A stretch of 64,000 bases of DNA. Source: Minisyncoccota bacterium. GTDB taxonomy: Bacteria > Patescibacteriota > Minisyncoccia > Phycocordibacterales > Zambryskibacteraceae. Where the stretch lies: contig JANWHY010000008.1 of NCBI GenBank assembly GCA_025450175.1, positions 56,289 to 120,288 on the forward strand, given 5' to 3'. Positions 1 through 9,551 of the stretch are shown here, one piece after another; position 1 is the stretch's first letter, and each line of letters starts with the position of its first letter. The notes under the pieces were generated by a model. The model was given only the letters and a program-made list of their open reading frames with translations. It was not told where the DNA came from and ran no database searches. A program made the position numbers and the translations under genes.

Positions 1-174
1 CATAAATCTCTAAGCAAAAGCTAAACTATTCTCTTAAGGGAGACTTTCAGTAGCTTGCTTTCGCAAGAACCAAAAGAATCCTCAGAAAATGGTCCGTTGC
101 TTAGAGATTTATGATCTGGATATTACCGAAGAGCTCTGTTACTTTCAACTCTAGTTTAGCATATAATAGTTTTT

Positions 175-1176
175 ATGTCAAGTAAACCCCAGGATCCTAC
201 CTTTCTCGACTCAGAGCTCCGACCTTCTACTTGGTCTGACTACATCGGGCAAAAGGCGATAAAAAACAACTTAAAAATCCTCATAGAGGCCGCCAATGCG
301 CGTGGCTCTGCACCTGAACATGTACTCTTCTATGGTCCACCGGGCCTCGGCAAGACCACCCTTGCTCATCTCATTGCTAAGGAGACTGGTCGTGCACTTA
401 AGGTAACCTCGGGACCAGCGATAGAGAGAGTGGGCGACCTAGCCTCTATACTTACAAACCTAGGAGCAGGAGAGATCCTCTTCATTGACGAGATTCATCG
501 CCTCAATAAGTCTATTGAAGAGGTCCTTTACCCAGCTATGGAGTCGGGGGTACTCGATATCATTATAGGCAAGGGCCCATCGGCGAGAACCTTGCAACTC
601 GAACTCCCTCCTTTCACTCTTCTTGCCGCTACCACTCGAGTCGCCATGATCTCTTCTCCCCTGCGCTCACGCTTCTCGGGTGGAGTCTTCCGACTCGAGT
701 TCTATACAGAAGATGAGATTGCGGAGATCTTACGCCGTTCGGCAAAAATATTGGGAGTGAATATAGAAGAAGGTGCCGAGAAGGAGATTGCCAAGCGATC
801 ACGCTTCACTCCCCGCACAGCGAACTACTTCCTCAAGCGTGCTCGCGACTTCGCCCAAGTGGAGAAGCGAATTCTTAATAAAGAGTCGGTAGAGGCGGCC
901 CTCAAACTCTTAGGCATAGACGAGAAGGGACTCTCACCCTCGGACAGAATGCTTCTTCACACAATCGCTGAGAAGTTCGGTGGCGGTCCAGTTGGCTTAT
1001 CCACTCTTGCTGCAGCACTCTCAGAAGAAGAGGCAACGCTAGAAGAGTTTAACGAACCATATCTCTTGCAATTAGGACTACTAGAGCGCACTAGTCGCGG
1101 CCGCGCACTCACCGAACACGGGTTCAAACACATTGGGAAACCTTTCCCAAAAAATCTTCAGAAGAAACTTCTATGA
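175..1176 (+). CDS. ruvB: Holliday junction branch migration ATPase RuvB
   Basis: Walker A GPPGLGKTT, AAA+ RuvB-like length and C-terminal winged helix region; full ORF; stop TGA overlaps next start. Confidence 0.95.
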   Translation: MSSKPQDPTFLDSELRPSTWSDYIGQKAIKNNLKILIEAANARGSAPEHVLFYGPPGLGKTTLAHLIAKETGRALKVTSGPAIERVGDLASILTNLGAGEILFIDEIHRLNKSIEEVLYPAMESGVLDIIIGKGPSARTLQLELPPFTLLAATTRVAMISSPLRSRFSGGVFRLEFYTEDEIAEILRRSAKILGVNIEEGAEKEIAKRSRFTPRTANYFLKRARDFAQVEKRILNKESVEAALKLLGIDEKGLSPSDRMLLHTIAEKFGGGPVGLSTLAAALSEEEATLEEFNEPYLLQLGLLERTSRGRALTEHGFKHIGKPFPKNLQKKLL

Positions 1177-1703
1177 GCGGACATAACAAATGGTCGAAGA
1201 TTAAACATAAGAAGGCGGGCACTGATGCTGCTAAGTCTAAAATATTTTCCAAGATGGCAAAATTAATTTCGACAGCATCAAAACAAGTTAATGGCGACAC
1301 CACCTCTCCCATCTTGCGCGCTGCTATTGATAAGGCTCGAGAGTACAACATGCCCGCCGACAACATTGAGCGGGCTGTTAAGAAGGGCTCAGAGGCAGAT
1401 AGCCAACAACTTGAAGCTATAACTTACGAAAGTTATGGCCCTGGTGGCTCCGCCCTCGTAATCGAAGCCCTCACCGCTAACAGAAACAAGGCTGCCCAAG
1501 AAGTGAAATTTATTTTATCTAAAAACGGATTCCAACTTGCAGCTCCTGGCTCTGCTACTTGGGCCTTTAGCAAGGAGAATGGTTCTTGGAATCCAAACAC
1601 CACCATCCCCCTATCAGAGGAAGATGAAAAAGTTTTAGAAAAATTAATTGAAGAACTCGAAGACAATGATGAAGTCCAGGAAGTCTACACCAATGCAGAG
1701 TAG
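1173..1703 (+). CDS. yebC: YebC/PmpR family DNA-binding regulator (compact, 176 aa)
   Basis: N-terminus MSGHNKWSKIKHKKA and C-terminus DNDEVQEVYTNAE match YebC family termini; shorter than the typical ~240 aa, middle domain reduced. Confidence 0.8.
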   Translation: MSGHNKWSKIKHKKAGTDAAKSKIFSKMAKLISTASKQVNGDTTSPILRAAIDKAREYNMPADNIERAVKKGSEADSQQLEAITYESYGPGGSALVIEALTANRNKAAQEVKFILSKNGFQLAAPGSATWAFSKENGSWNPNTTIPLSEEDEKVLEKLIEELEDNDEVQEVYTNAE

Positions 1704-2169
1704 GGTGCTCGGTGTTGATCCTGGGTTTGATAGGGTTGGAGTTGCCGTGCTTGAGAAAGACAAAGTTCTTTTTTCCAAATGTATTGAGACAAACAGGAAG
1801 GAGGACCACTCGGTGCGACTACTCCAGATTGGGCAAGAGATTGAGAAAGTTATTGAGAAGTGGGCACCCAATGCTCTTGCTATAGAGAAACTCTTCTTCA
1901 ACCAGTCTGTGACTAATGCGCTCAAGGTAGCTGAGGCGCGCGGAGTGATCATCTTCGAAGCGGCAAGAGCGGGGCTAGAAATCTTTGAATATTCTCCCCA
2001 AGAAACTAAGATTGCGGTAACAGGTTACGGTAAGGCAGATAAAAGGCAGGTTGAGACAATGGTACGTAAACTGGTAGAAATACCAGCCAAATCAGCTAAG
2101 AAACTTGACGACGAACTCGATGCTATTGCCCTGGGGATTACTCATCTTGCACACGCCAGAGCTATTTGA
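1693..2169 (+). CDS. ruvC: crossover junction endodeoxyribonuclease RuvC
   Basis: RVLGVDPGFDRVGVAVLE catalytic N-terminus; track ORF starts 1648 but the conserved start is the Met at 1693 (MQSRVLG) overlapping the yebC stop. Confidence 0.9.
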   Translation: MQSRVLGVDPGFDRVGVAVLEKDKVLFSKCIETNRKEDHSVRLLQIGQEIEKVIEKWAPNALAIEKLFFNQSVTNALKVAEARGVIIFEAARAGLEIFEYSPQETKIAVTGYGKADKRQVETMVRKLVEIPAKSAKKLDDELDAIALGITHLAHARAI

Positions 2170-2250
2170 TACAAATAAGAGCATTCAAAAAATGCCGAAG
2201 TAATCTAGAGGGCATTTAAGAATTAAAAAATAATAAAAATTTAAATTATT

Positions 2251-2388
2251 ATGGATGACGAGATTAGAGATGAGGATCTTGATGCAGATGAAGAAAAATT
2301 AAATATAGATGGCGAGTTAGATGATGACGATGAGAGTGTGGATCCGGAGGAAGAAGAGGTTGAAGATGAAGAAGAGGAAGCTATCTAA
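2251..2388 (+). CDS. small highly acidic protein (46 aa, D/E-rich)
   Basis: ATG at 2251, in-frame to TAA 2386-2388: MDDEIRDEDLDADEEKLNIDGELDDDDESVDPEEEEVEDEEEEAI; not in the track (<60 aa); followed directly by a terminator hairpin. Confidence 0.35.
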   Translation: MDDEIRDEDLDADEEKLNIDGELDDDDESVDPEEEEVEDEEEEAI

Positions 2389-2390
2389 AC

Positions 2391-2420
2391 AAAAACCCCG
2401 ACCTAGGTCGGGGTTTTTGT
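2391..2420. terminator. bidirectional rho-independent terminator
   Basis: aaaaaCCCCGACctagGTCGGGGtttttgtt; A-run upstream and T-run downstream, sits between convergent acidic ORF and tyrS. Confidence 0.65.
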
Positions 2421-3554
2421 TTAACTTCTTTTTATCTTTATAAACCGATGCTTACCTATGCGATAGACTCCTGGTTCCAATTCACTAATAGCTCCATCCT
2501 TCTCTAAGCGATTGAACTCTGTCTTAGATGCCACCAACCCATTTTCTAAAAGAATTTCAATAAGAGGCTTGCCACTAGTTACTTCTAGAATGTTTTCCGG
2601 CACTCCCCCCTTGGAGAAAGTGGATTCGAAGTTTTCTTGAACTTCGCGTGCAACATCTTGTGTGTTGAGTATAGAAACAATTTCAAACGCAAGGCGAGCC
2701 TTGGCTTCTTTAGGGTGACCACCTACTATTTCTCCCACCTCTTCCATTCCCACTCGAGTTAGACACTCGAAGCACTGACGCACAACATCATCAGGAAGAG
2801 CCATGATCTTCCCGTATAGATTGTTTGGATCATCTTGTAGAGCGATTACATTGCCCTCAGATTTGCCAATCTTATTACCTGAGCTGTCTGCAATAAGCGG
2901 CGTGGTCATTACAAATTTCTCTTTGCCCTTCATGGACTTTATGAGACCTCTACCTGCAAGCATGTTAAATGTCTGATCACTTCCACCCACTTCTAGATCT
3001 ACATCCAGAGCAACAGAGTCATAAGCTTGGAAAAATGGGTACAACACTTCTCTCATATTAAGACTCTCACCACTTTTAATCCGTTCTTGGAAAAGATCCC
3101 TTTCTGCTAACTGTTGCCAGGAGAAGTGCCCCGCAATTTCTAGAAACTCCGGAATAGTTAATTTATTTATCCAATCTGCATTAAACCGGACCTCAACAGG
3201 ATTCTCTCCATCAAACCTTATAATCTTTTCTGCCTGCAATACATAGTCTGTCGCATTCTGTCGTAACTCTTCTCTAGTAAAAAACTTTTCACGCGATTTT
3301 GTTTTTCCAGAAGGATCTCCGGCTTGCCCCGTACCATCCCCAATAAGGAAAACTACTTTGTGCCCAAGATCTTGCCAGTCTCGTAACTTCATTAATCCAA
3401 CCATATGACCCAAGTGGAGCTTGTCTCCAGTAGGATCGAAGCCTTGGTAGAGTTTGAGTTTCTTACCAGATGCCAAAACCTCTCTCAACTCATCTTTAGA
3501 GGGATAAATTTTGTCCACCCCGCGCGTGAGGAGCTCATCAATTTCCTTACTCAT
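2421..3554 (-). CDS. tyrS: tyrosine--tRNA ligase
   Basis: Class I HIGH motif as GFDPTGDKLHLGH, KMSKS-like KIGKSEGN, C-terminal S4-like domain; TyrRS rather than TrpRS by the HIGH-region pattern. Confidence 0.88.
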   Translation of the reverse strand: MSKEIDELLTRGVDKIYPSKDELREVLASGKKLKLYQGFDPTGDKLHLGHMVGLMKLRDWQDLGHKVVFLIGDGTGQAGDPSGKTKSREKFFTREELRQNATDYVLQAEKIIRFDGENPVEVRFNADWINKLTIPEFLEIAGHFSWQQLAERDLFQERIKSGESLNMREVLYPFFQAYDSVALDVDLEVGGSDQTFNMLAGRGLIKSMKGKEKFVMTTPLIADSSGNKIGKSEGNVIALQDDPNNLYGKIMALPDDVVRQCFECLTRVGMEEVGEIVGGHPKEAKARLAFEIVSILNTQDVAREVQENFESTFSKGGVPENILEVTSGKPLIEILLENGLVASKTEFNRLEKDGAISELEPGVYRIGKHRFIKIKRS

Positions 3555-3569
3555 ATCGTCAAATTTAGC

Positions 3570-5723
3570 ATGAAATATGCTAAAATGGCTATTCTAATGA
3601 TTTGGAAACTTCGCCATTCCAACCGCTTTTTGGCTATCGCGACCATCCTCCTGTTCGTGTGTGGGCTGTTCATCTTATGGACGGCTTCACTACGTATTCC
3701 AGCCCTGGAGGACATCTCAGAGAGGAAAATTGACCAATCCACCAAGATTTATGACCGTACAGGAGAGATCCTCCTATACGACATGGCTCGAGACACCCGC
3801 AGAGCCTTGATACCATTCGAAGATATTGCCTACAGCACCAAGGCTGCGACTCTGGCTATTGAAGATAGAAACTTCTATTCCCACGGAGGCTTCGAGTTCA
3901 AATCCTTCCTTCGAGCAGTGTTTGTAAACCTCACTAGCCTCTCATTCAGTCAGGGAGGCTCAACCATTACTCAGCAAGTAGTGAAGAACTCCATTCTCAC
4001 CAAAGACAAGACCCCTACTCGCAAACTTAAAGAACTGATCTTAGCTATAAAACTTGAGAAGGTCTTATCTAAAGATGAGATTCTATCTCTCTACCTCAAT
4101 GAGATCCCTTATGGTGGCACTATCTACGGCATAGAGGAAGCCTCGAGAAGCTTCTTTGCTAAGCCGGCTAAAGAGCTCACTCTGACTGAGTCCGCCTATC
4201 TTGCCTCTTTGCCTAAAGCCCCAACATATTACTCCCCGTATGGATCACACCGCGAAGACCTCGAGGCCAGAAAGAATCTCGTGTTACAGAGAATGCTTGA
4301 GAGCGGATTCATCACTAAAGAAGATTTTGATACAGCCGTGGCTGAGAAGGTTGAGTTCCAGCCGAAGCAAAACACAGGGAGTATCCGCGCCCCACACTTC
4401 GTTTTCTTTGTGATAGATCAATTGGCCAAAAAGTATGGTGAGGACACTCTCATCAATGGCGGCTTCAGGATTATTACCACACTCGATTACAATCTGCAGA
4501 AGGAGGCAGAGGCCAACGCCCTTTCTTATGGCAAAACTAATGCAGAGAAGTTTAATGGGACCAACAATGCCCTTGTGGCTATAGATCCGAAAACTGGAGA
4601 GATCTTGGCAATGGTGGGCTCTAGGAACTACTTCGACAAAGATATTGATGGCAACTTCAACGCCTCTATGGGCTTCCGCCAGCCAGGCTCAACCTTTAAA
4701 CCATTTGTCTACGCTACGATGTTTAACAAGGGCTACACAGACCAGACAGTTTTATATGATGTTCCTATCCAATTTGTGCCTAACTGTGCGCCCAACAACT
4801 TCGTAACCGACGATACCTGTTATGCCCCAGTAGACTACGACGGACGCTCAAGAGGTCCAATGACCATTAGAAATGCTTTGGCCCAATCAGTAAACGTTCC
4901 TGCAGTCCAAGGAGTCTACCTCGCTGGTGTGCGTGAGTCTATCTCTACAGCTAAGAGCATGGGTATCACTACCTTGAACGATCTCAGCCGCTACGGTCTC
5001 TCTATCGTCTTGGGAGGTGGCGAGGTGACCCTTCTGGATATGACCTCGGCTTACTCAGTGTTTGCAAATGATGGAGTTAGAAACCCTTACACCCCATACC
5101 TATGGGTTGAGGATGCTGATGGCAATATCATCGACCGCTACACCAACTCTCCCTCTCGAGTATTATCGACTGATACTGTGCGCCTGATGAACGATATTTT
5201 GTCCGACAACGTGGCTCGTACACCTGGCTTCGGCGCTAACTCTGCCCTGTACATCCCTGGGCGCCCGGTCGCAGTAAAAACAGGTACCTCCAACGACTAC
5301 CGCGATGCCTGGATTATTGGCTATACTCCAAACCTCGTTGTTGGTGCCTGGGTCGGTAACAATGACAACTCCCCTATGGCCAAGAGAGTCTCTGGTTTGG
5401 TTGTAGCCCCTATGTGGCACGCTTATATGGAGAAGATCCTACCCGAGATACCTGTAGAATACTTCACCTCACCAGAGCGAGAGGATCTTAGTTCTCTTAA
5501 GCCTGTATTACGTGGTGATTGGTCTACAGGAGGTATCCACTCCATTCTCTACTGGGTAGACAAGGACAATCCTCGCGGACCCGCGCCTTCCAATCCTAGT
5601 AACGATCCTCAATTTAAAAACTGGGAATACAGTATCAACCTATGGGGTCTAACAGCTGGCTTTACGACTGGTTCATCGGCATCACCAGATACAGGAAGCT
5701 CGAATCCCCTACCCCCTCAATAA
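3570..5723 (+). CDS. class A penicillin-binding protein (glycosyltransferase GT51 + transpeptidase)
   Basis: GT51 motif EDRNFYSHGG, transpeptidase SxxK (GSTFKP), KTGT (KTGTSND); N-terminal signal anchor; track ORF start 3405 overlaps tyrS, more likely start ATG 3570 (MKYAKMAILMIW). Confidence 0.9.
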   Translation: MKYAKMAILMIWKLRHSNRFLAIATILLFVCGLFILWTASLRIPALEDISERKIDQSTKIYDRTGEILLYDMARDTRRALIPFEDIAYSTKAATLAIEDRNFYSHGGFEFKSFLRAVFVNLTSLSFSQGGSTITQQVVKNSILTKDKTPTRKLKELILAIKLEKVLSKDEILSLYLNEIPYGGTIYGIEEASRSFFAKPAKELTLTESAYLASLPKAPTYYSPYGSHREDLEARKNLVLQRMLESGFITKEDFDTAVAEKVEFQPKQNTGSIRAPHFVFFVIDQLAKKYGEDTLINGGFRIITTLDYNLQKEAEANALSYGKTNAEKFNGTNNALVAIDPKTGEILAMVGSRNYFDKDIDGNFNASMGFRQPGSTFKPFVYATMFNKGYTDQTVLYDVPIQFVPNCAPNNFVTDDTCYAPVDYDGRSRGPMTIRNALAQSVNVPAVQGVYLAGVRESISTAKSMGITTLNDLSRYGLSIVLGGGEVTLLDMTSAYSVFANDGVRNPYTPYLWVEDADGNIIDRYTNSPSRVLSTDTVRLMNDILSDNVARTPGFGANSALYIPGRPVAVKTGTSNDYRDAWIIGYTPNLVVGAWVGNNDNSPMAKRVSGLVVAPMWHAYMEKILPEIPVEYFTSPEREDLSSLKPVLRGDWSTGGIHSILYWVDKDNPRGPAPSNPSNDPQFKNWEYSINLWGLTAGFTTGSSASPDTGSSNPLPPQ

Positions 5724-6765
5724 CAATTGGCTTAGCTTGTCCACTAAAGTTTAGTGCCAGACTATCAGTACCTACAGACTGGAAGCAGTCGGTAAAGTAT
5801 CGGTGGTTAATGTTTATAGAAATATCCTCTCCTTCAATAACAGCTTCCACCTTATTCACATTCTCGCCCACAGTTGTATTCTTTGCCTCTATTTCGAAAG
5901 TCTTCTCCTTAGGTGCCACCTTGAGAGTAAGTTGATTGAAGGAGTCTGAGAAGATAAGACTCGTCTTGAGTGAGTTGATGAGGTCTTGCTTAAGTAAGAC
6001 GACCTTAGAGGTCATCTTCTTCGGGATAATTTGCTTATAGTCTGGGAAAACTCCATCAATAATACGTGTAGTGAGATAGATATTCTGGGATCTCATAGCC
6101 ATTTGGTGCTCGGAGATGGTTATCGAGATCTCTTCTTCTCCTCGATCGAAGATTCTTGTAATTTCTAAGGCATTTTTCTGAGGGATAAGGATTTGCTTGA
6201 AGCTTGGTGCTTTCTTGATCCGAATCTTCTTCTCCGCTAGACGGAAGGAGTCGGTGGCGGCAAAGACCAAGAACTCTCCCTCGTGTGTTATGGCGACACT
6301 TGAGAGCTCTGGTTTGATACTACCTACCGCTGAGGCATAAATAACTGATCTAATGCCAAAAATGAGGTCCCTAGTGGGTATTACAAACGACTTACTATCA
6401 TCAATCTCAGTAATAATTGGAAAGTCTTCAATAGGAAGAGTTTTTATGTTTGTTTTGGAAGAATTAGTTTTGAGCTCAAGGACCTGATCTTTGGTATTGA
6501 TATGAATATTTTTATCATTTGATAGTGATGAGACAAAAGATGATATAACACTTGCGGGCACAACCACCTGACCAGGCTCAGTCACCTTCACGGGAATGTT
6601 TATAGAAATACCAAGATCAAGATTAGTAGCTTTAATGGACAAATTATTCTTACTGGCTTCCAAATAAAGACCAGAGAGGGTGGGGAGAGAAATGTTTTTA
6701 GCTGCAATCTTCTCAGCCTTATTGAGTGCGTTATCCAACTGTTCCTTAATAGATTCTATTTTCAT
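5662..6765 (-). CDS. dnaN: DNA polymerase III beta sliding clamp
   Basis: Three-domain clamp length, N-terminus MKIESIKEQL..., C-terminus YLVMPM; adjacent to dnaA. Confidence 0.9.
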   Translation of the reverse strand: MKIESIKEQLDNALNKAEKIAAKNISLPTLSGLYLEASKNNLSIKATNLDLGISINIPVKVTEPGQVVVPASVISSFVSSLSNDKNIHINTKDQVLELKTNSSKTNIKTLPIEDFPIITEIDDSKSFVIPTRDLIFGIRSVIYASAVGSIKPELSSVAITHEGEFLVFAATDSFRLAEKKIRIKKAPSFKQILIPQKNALEITRIFDRGEEEISITISEHQMAMRSQNIYLTTRIIDGVFPDYKQIIPKKMTSKVVLLKQDLINSLKTSLIFSDSFNQLTLKVAPKEKTFEIEAKNTTVGENVNKVEAVIEGEDISININHRYFTDCFQSVGTDSLALNFSGQAKPIVIEGVGDSSFLYLVMPMNQS

Positions 6766-6969
6766 TATAAAAATTTATTATTACTTATTAGGGGTGTTGA
6801 TTGTGGGTATAAGATTTTAATGTTGAGTTTGGTGGTCTTTTTCATCATTTCTTCATGATCCGTTTGGGGATAAGAACCCATATAGTCTGGATGGTTCTGG
6901 GTTTTCGTCTCGCGGCACTTTATCATAAAGGTTTTATTAACACCATTCTCCATAGTTCTCCACATAGTT
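6766..6969. other. candidate oriC / DnaA-box region in dnaA-dnaN intergenic spacer
   Basis: AT-rich spacer with several near-consensus DnaA boxes (ttctccaca, tggggataa = TTATCCCCA rc, ttatcataa, tgtgggtat) and AT-rich run ataaaaatttattattacttatta. Confidence 0.4.
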
Positions 6970-8334
6970 CTATACAGCCAAGAGATTCCTAATCTGACCA
7001 ATCTCATCGGTCAGGCTCTCATCTTGTTTGATATCTGTTTTTATCTTCTCGCAGGAGTGGATGACGGTCGTGTGGTCTCTTCCTCCAAGCTTTTGTCCTA
7101 TAGATGGGTAAGAAATATTAAAGTCTTCTCTCAATATATACATAATAATTTGCCTCGGACGGATCACTTCCTTATGCCGAGTTTTCTCATAAATACTTTC
7201 TTCCTTAATATTGTAGAAGTCGGAAACAATCTTTACCACATCCTTAACGGCCATGGTTTTCTTGGGCTTAATATTATTTTTTATATAATTACGGGCATCG
7301 AGCATGGAGATCTCCTTGCTTTTGAGCTGAGCTTGGCAGAAGAGGGCGTTCAAAGCACCTTCGAGGTCTCGGATGTTGCCGTTGACCGTGTGGGCCAAGT
7401 AATCTATCACCTCTTCGGCAAGAGCCAGGCCTAGTTGGTTGGCCTTCGCCTTGATAATAGCGATACGTGACTCCTTGTCGGGTATAGGTATATCTACCGT
7501 CATGCCGGCAGAGAGACGAGACTTCAATCTCTCTTCAAGCCCGGTAATAAAGTATGGGTGTTTATCTGAGGAGAAGATGATCTGCCTATTGTTATCGTAA
7601 AGCGTGTTGAAGAGGTGGAAAAGCTCTTCTTGGAACTTCTGCTTATCGGCGAAAAACTGGATGTCGTCGACGATGAGTACGTCGTACTTACGATATTTCT
7701 CCTTAAATATAGCCATTTTCTGGTTCTGAAGGGCGTTCATGCAATCCTGGCCGAACTGCTCGGAGGTCATGTAGTAGACTCTTTTGCCAGGGCTAACGGT
7801 CTTTATGTAGTTACCCACAGCCTGGATGAGGTGAGTCTTCCCGTGGCCTGTGGGGCCATGGATGAAGAGTGGGTTGTACATAATGCCAGGCTTCTTGATA
7901 ACGGCCTGGGCTGCCGCATGAGCAAGCTCATTAAATGGCCCAATTACAAAGGTTTCGAAGGTGTAACGAGGGTTGAGGTTGTCATCTTTATTGACCTGAG
8001 TCTCGGGGAGAGGAAGTTCTCTAGTTTGGAGGTCCTCCTTATGGGTAAGATCCTTCTTACGTGGTCCCTCCTTATTCACAACGTACTCCACAGCATGGAT
8101 TGCGCTATTGAGGTTCCGTAAACTTCGCAAAATTGTGTTGTGGTACTTGGTAAGTAGCCACTCCTTCACAAAAGCATTAGGGACGGAGAGTACGATAACC
8201 CCTCCCTCTTCCTTAACTATCCATGTATCCTTAAACCAGGTTGTGAAGTTGGCGCTGGAGATGCCAAGTTCTATCTCTACTAGTACGCTCTGCCAGAGTT
8301 GCCTGTAATCGCTCATAGGAATAGGTAACATCAT
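6970..8334 (-). CDS. dnaA: chromosomal replication initiator DnaA
   Basis: Walker A GPTGHGKTHL, AAA+ initiator domain, C-terminal DNA-binding signature HTTVIHSCEKI. Confidence 0.95.
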   Translation of the reverse strand: MMLPIPMSDYRQLWQSVLVEIELGISSANFTTWFKDTWIVKEEGGVIVLSVPNAFVKEWLLTKYHNTILRSLRNLNSAIHAVEYVVNKEGPRKKDLTHKEDLQTRELPLPETQVNKDDNLNPRYTFETFVIGPFNELAHAAAQAVIKKPGIMYNPLFIHGPTGHGKTHLIQAVGNYIKTVSPGKRVYYMTSEQFGQDCMNALQNQKMAIFKEKYRKYDVLIVDDIQFFADKQKFQEELFHLFNTLYDNNRQIIFSSDKHPYFITGLEERLKSRLSAGMTVDIPIPDKESRIAIIKAKANQLGLALAEEVIDYLAHTVNGNIRDLEGALNALFCQAQLKSKEISMLDARNYIKNNIKPKKTMAVKDVVKIVSDFYNIKEESIYEKTRHKEVIRPRQIIMYILREDFNISYPSIGQKLGGRDHTTVIHSCEKIKTDIKQDESLTDEIGQIRNLLAV

Positions 8335-8412
8335 AGCCTGTTTAACCCTCCCACAAAAACTTGTTAAAGTAAGGAAAAATGTTTATAATGTGTTTATAAC
8401 TTGTTGAGATAA

Positions 8413-8553
8413 ATGTCTAGAACATACAAACCTAAGAAGCGCAAACGCGCGCGTAGTCACGGCTTCCTTTCGAGGTCCAAAACTGCTGGTGGTCGCCGCA
8501 CTCTAAAGGCGAGAAGGAGAAAAGGGCGAAAGAAGCTAACAGTCACTAGTTAG
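8413..8553 (+). CDS. rpmH: 50S ribosomal protein L34
   Basis: Hand-translated, not in track: [46 protein letters not shown]; classic L34, immediately upstream of rnpA and divergent from dnaA. Confidence 0.85.
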   Translation: MSRTYKPKKRKRARSHGFLSRSKTAGGRRTLKARRRKGRKKLTVTS

Positions 8554-8567
8554 TAGCCTCGAGCTTA

Positions 8568-8819
8568 ATGAGCTATTTCTATTTGCGTACCACTCCAGGC
8601 GAAGAAGTTAAGTTTATTATCTCTGTTTCTAAAAAAGTTTCTAAAAAAGCGGTAATCAGGAACAGAATTCGTAGAAGAGTGCGCCCAATTTTGAAAAAAT
8701 TAGATTTACCCACCAGGAAAGCTACATACTTTGTCGTTGCTAAGCCTGGCGCCGAAGTGATAAAAGGAAAAGAGCTAGAAGCTGAGATTTTAGGGTTAAT
8801 TAGGTCAATTAGAAATTAG
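8568..8819 (+). CDS. rnpA: ribonuclease P protein component
   Basis: Basic RNR motif IRNRIRRRVR, position between rpmH and yidC; short (83 aa). Confidence 0.8.
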   Translation: MSYFYLRTTPGEEVKFIISVSKKVSKKAVIRNRIRRRVRPILKKLDLPTRKATYFVVAKPGAEVIKGKELEAEILGLIRSIRN

Positions 8820-8835
8820 AAATTATAATATAGAT

Positions 8836-9549
8836 ATGTCCTTCCTTTATCACACCTTCTTCTTTGATCCACTTCTTAATATCTTAGTTCTTTTCTTTAA
8901 GACTCTACCCTTCCTTGATGCTGGGGTTATTGTGATCCTCTTCACGATACTTGTGCGTCTACTCATGTTTCCTCTCTCGCGCAAAGCCGTGCATACGCAA
9001 GTGAAGATGGCCGAGATTGGTCCAGATCTGGCACGGATCAAAGAGCAGTATAAAGATAAGATGGAGGAACAAGCCAAAAAAACTCTTGAGCTCTATCAAC
9101 AAAAAGGGGTTAACCCGTTCTCTGGGATTCTCGTGGTGATCATACAGATCCCCATAATCTTCGCTCTTTATCGGATCTTCCTACACTTCCCAGATGTTAA
9201 CCCAGCTTTCTTATATCACTTTGTTACTCAACCCGAACATTTGAATACCACCTTCTTAGGACTCTTTGATCTCACAGAAAAGAGCGTCATCCTTGCGGTA
9301 ATTGCAGCTATCTCTACCTTTTACCAGATTAGAATATCAACTAAGCACGCTCCTAAGCCCGAGAGTAACTCCTTTAGTGATAATCTCACTCGTAATATGC
9401 AAACCCAGATGAAGTACTTCTTCCCTGTGATTGTATTCTTCATCTCCTACTCTATCTCCGGAGCTATTGCACTCTACTGGCTCACTACAAATATCTTTTC
9501 CGCTATTCAAGAAACTTTTGTACGGAGAAGGCTCGCAGTCAAAAGCTAA
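8836..9549 (+). CDS. yidC: membrane protein insertase YidC/Oxa1 (short form)
   Basis: Multi-TM, conserved insertase core around NPFSGILVVIIQIPIIFALY; synteny rpmH-rnpA-yidC. Confidence 0.85.
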   Translation: MSFLYHTFFFDPLLNILVLFFKTLPFLDAGVIVILFTILVRLLMFPLSRKAVHTQVKMAEIGPDLARIKEQYKDKMEEQAKKTLELYQQKGVNPFSGILVVIIQIPIIFALYRIFLHFPDVNPAFLYHFVTQPEHLNTTFLGLFDLTEKSVILAVIAAISTFYQIRISTKHAPKPESNSFSDNLTRNMQTQMKYFFPVIVFFISYSISGAIALYWLTTNIFSAIQETFVRRRLAVKS

Positions 9550-9551
9550 AG

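Noticed and set aside
5662-5723. 62-nt convergent overlap of PBP and dnaN 3-prime ends as a possible mis-call
   Set aside because: Both C-termini are plausible: dnaN ends with the conserved YLVMPM, and the PBP tail is a low-complexity S/G/T-rich extension. The overlap is tolerable and probably real.
6765-7007. 80-aa minus-strand ORF between dnaN and dnaA
   Set aside because: Overlaps the dnaA 3-prime end and the candidate oriC spacer; no motif, no RBS; likely chance ORF in AT-rich DNA.
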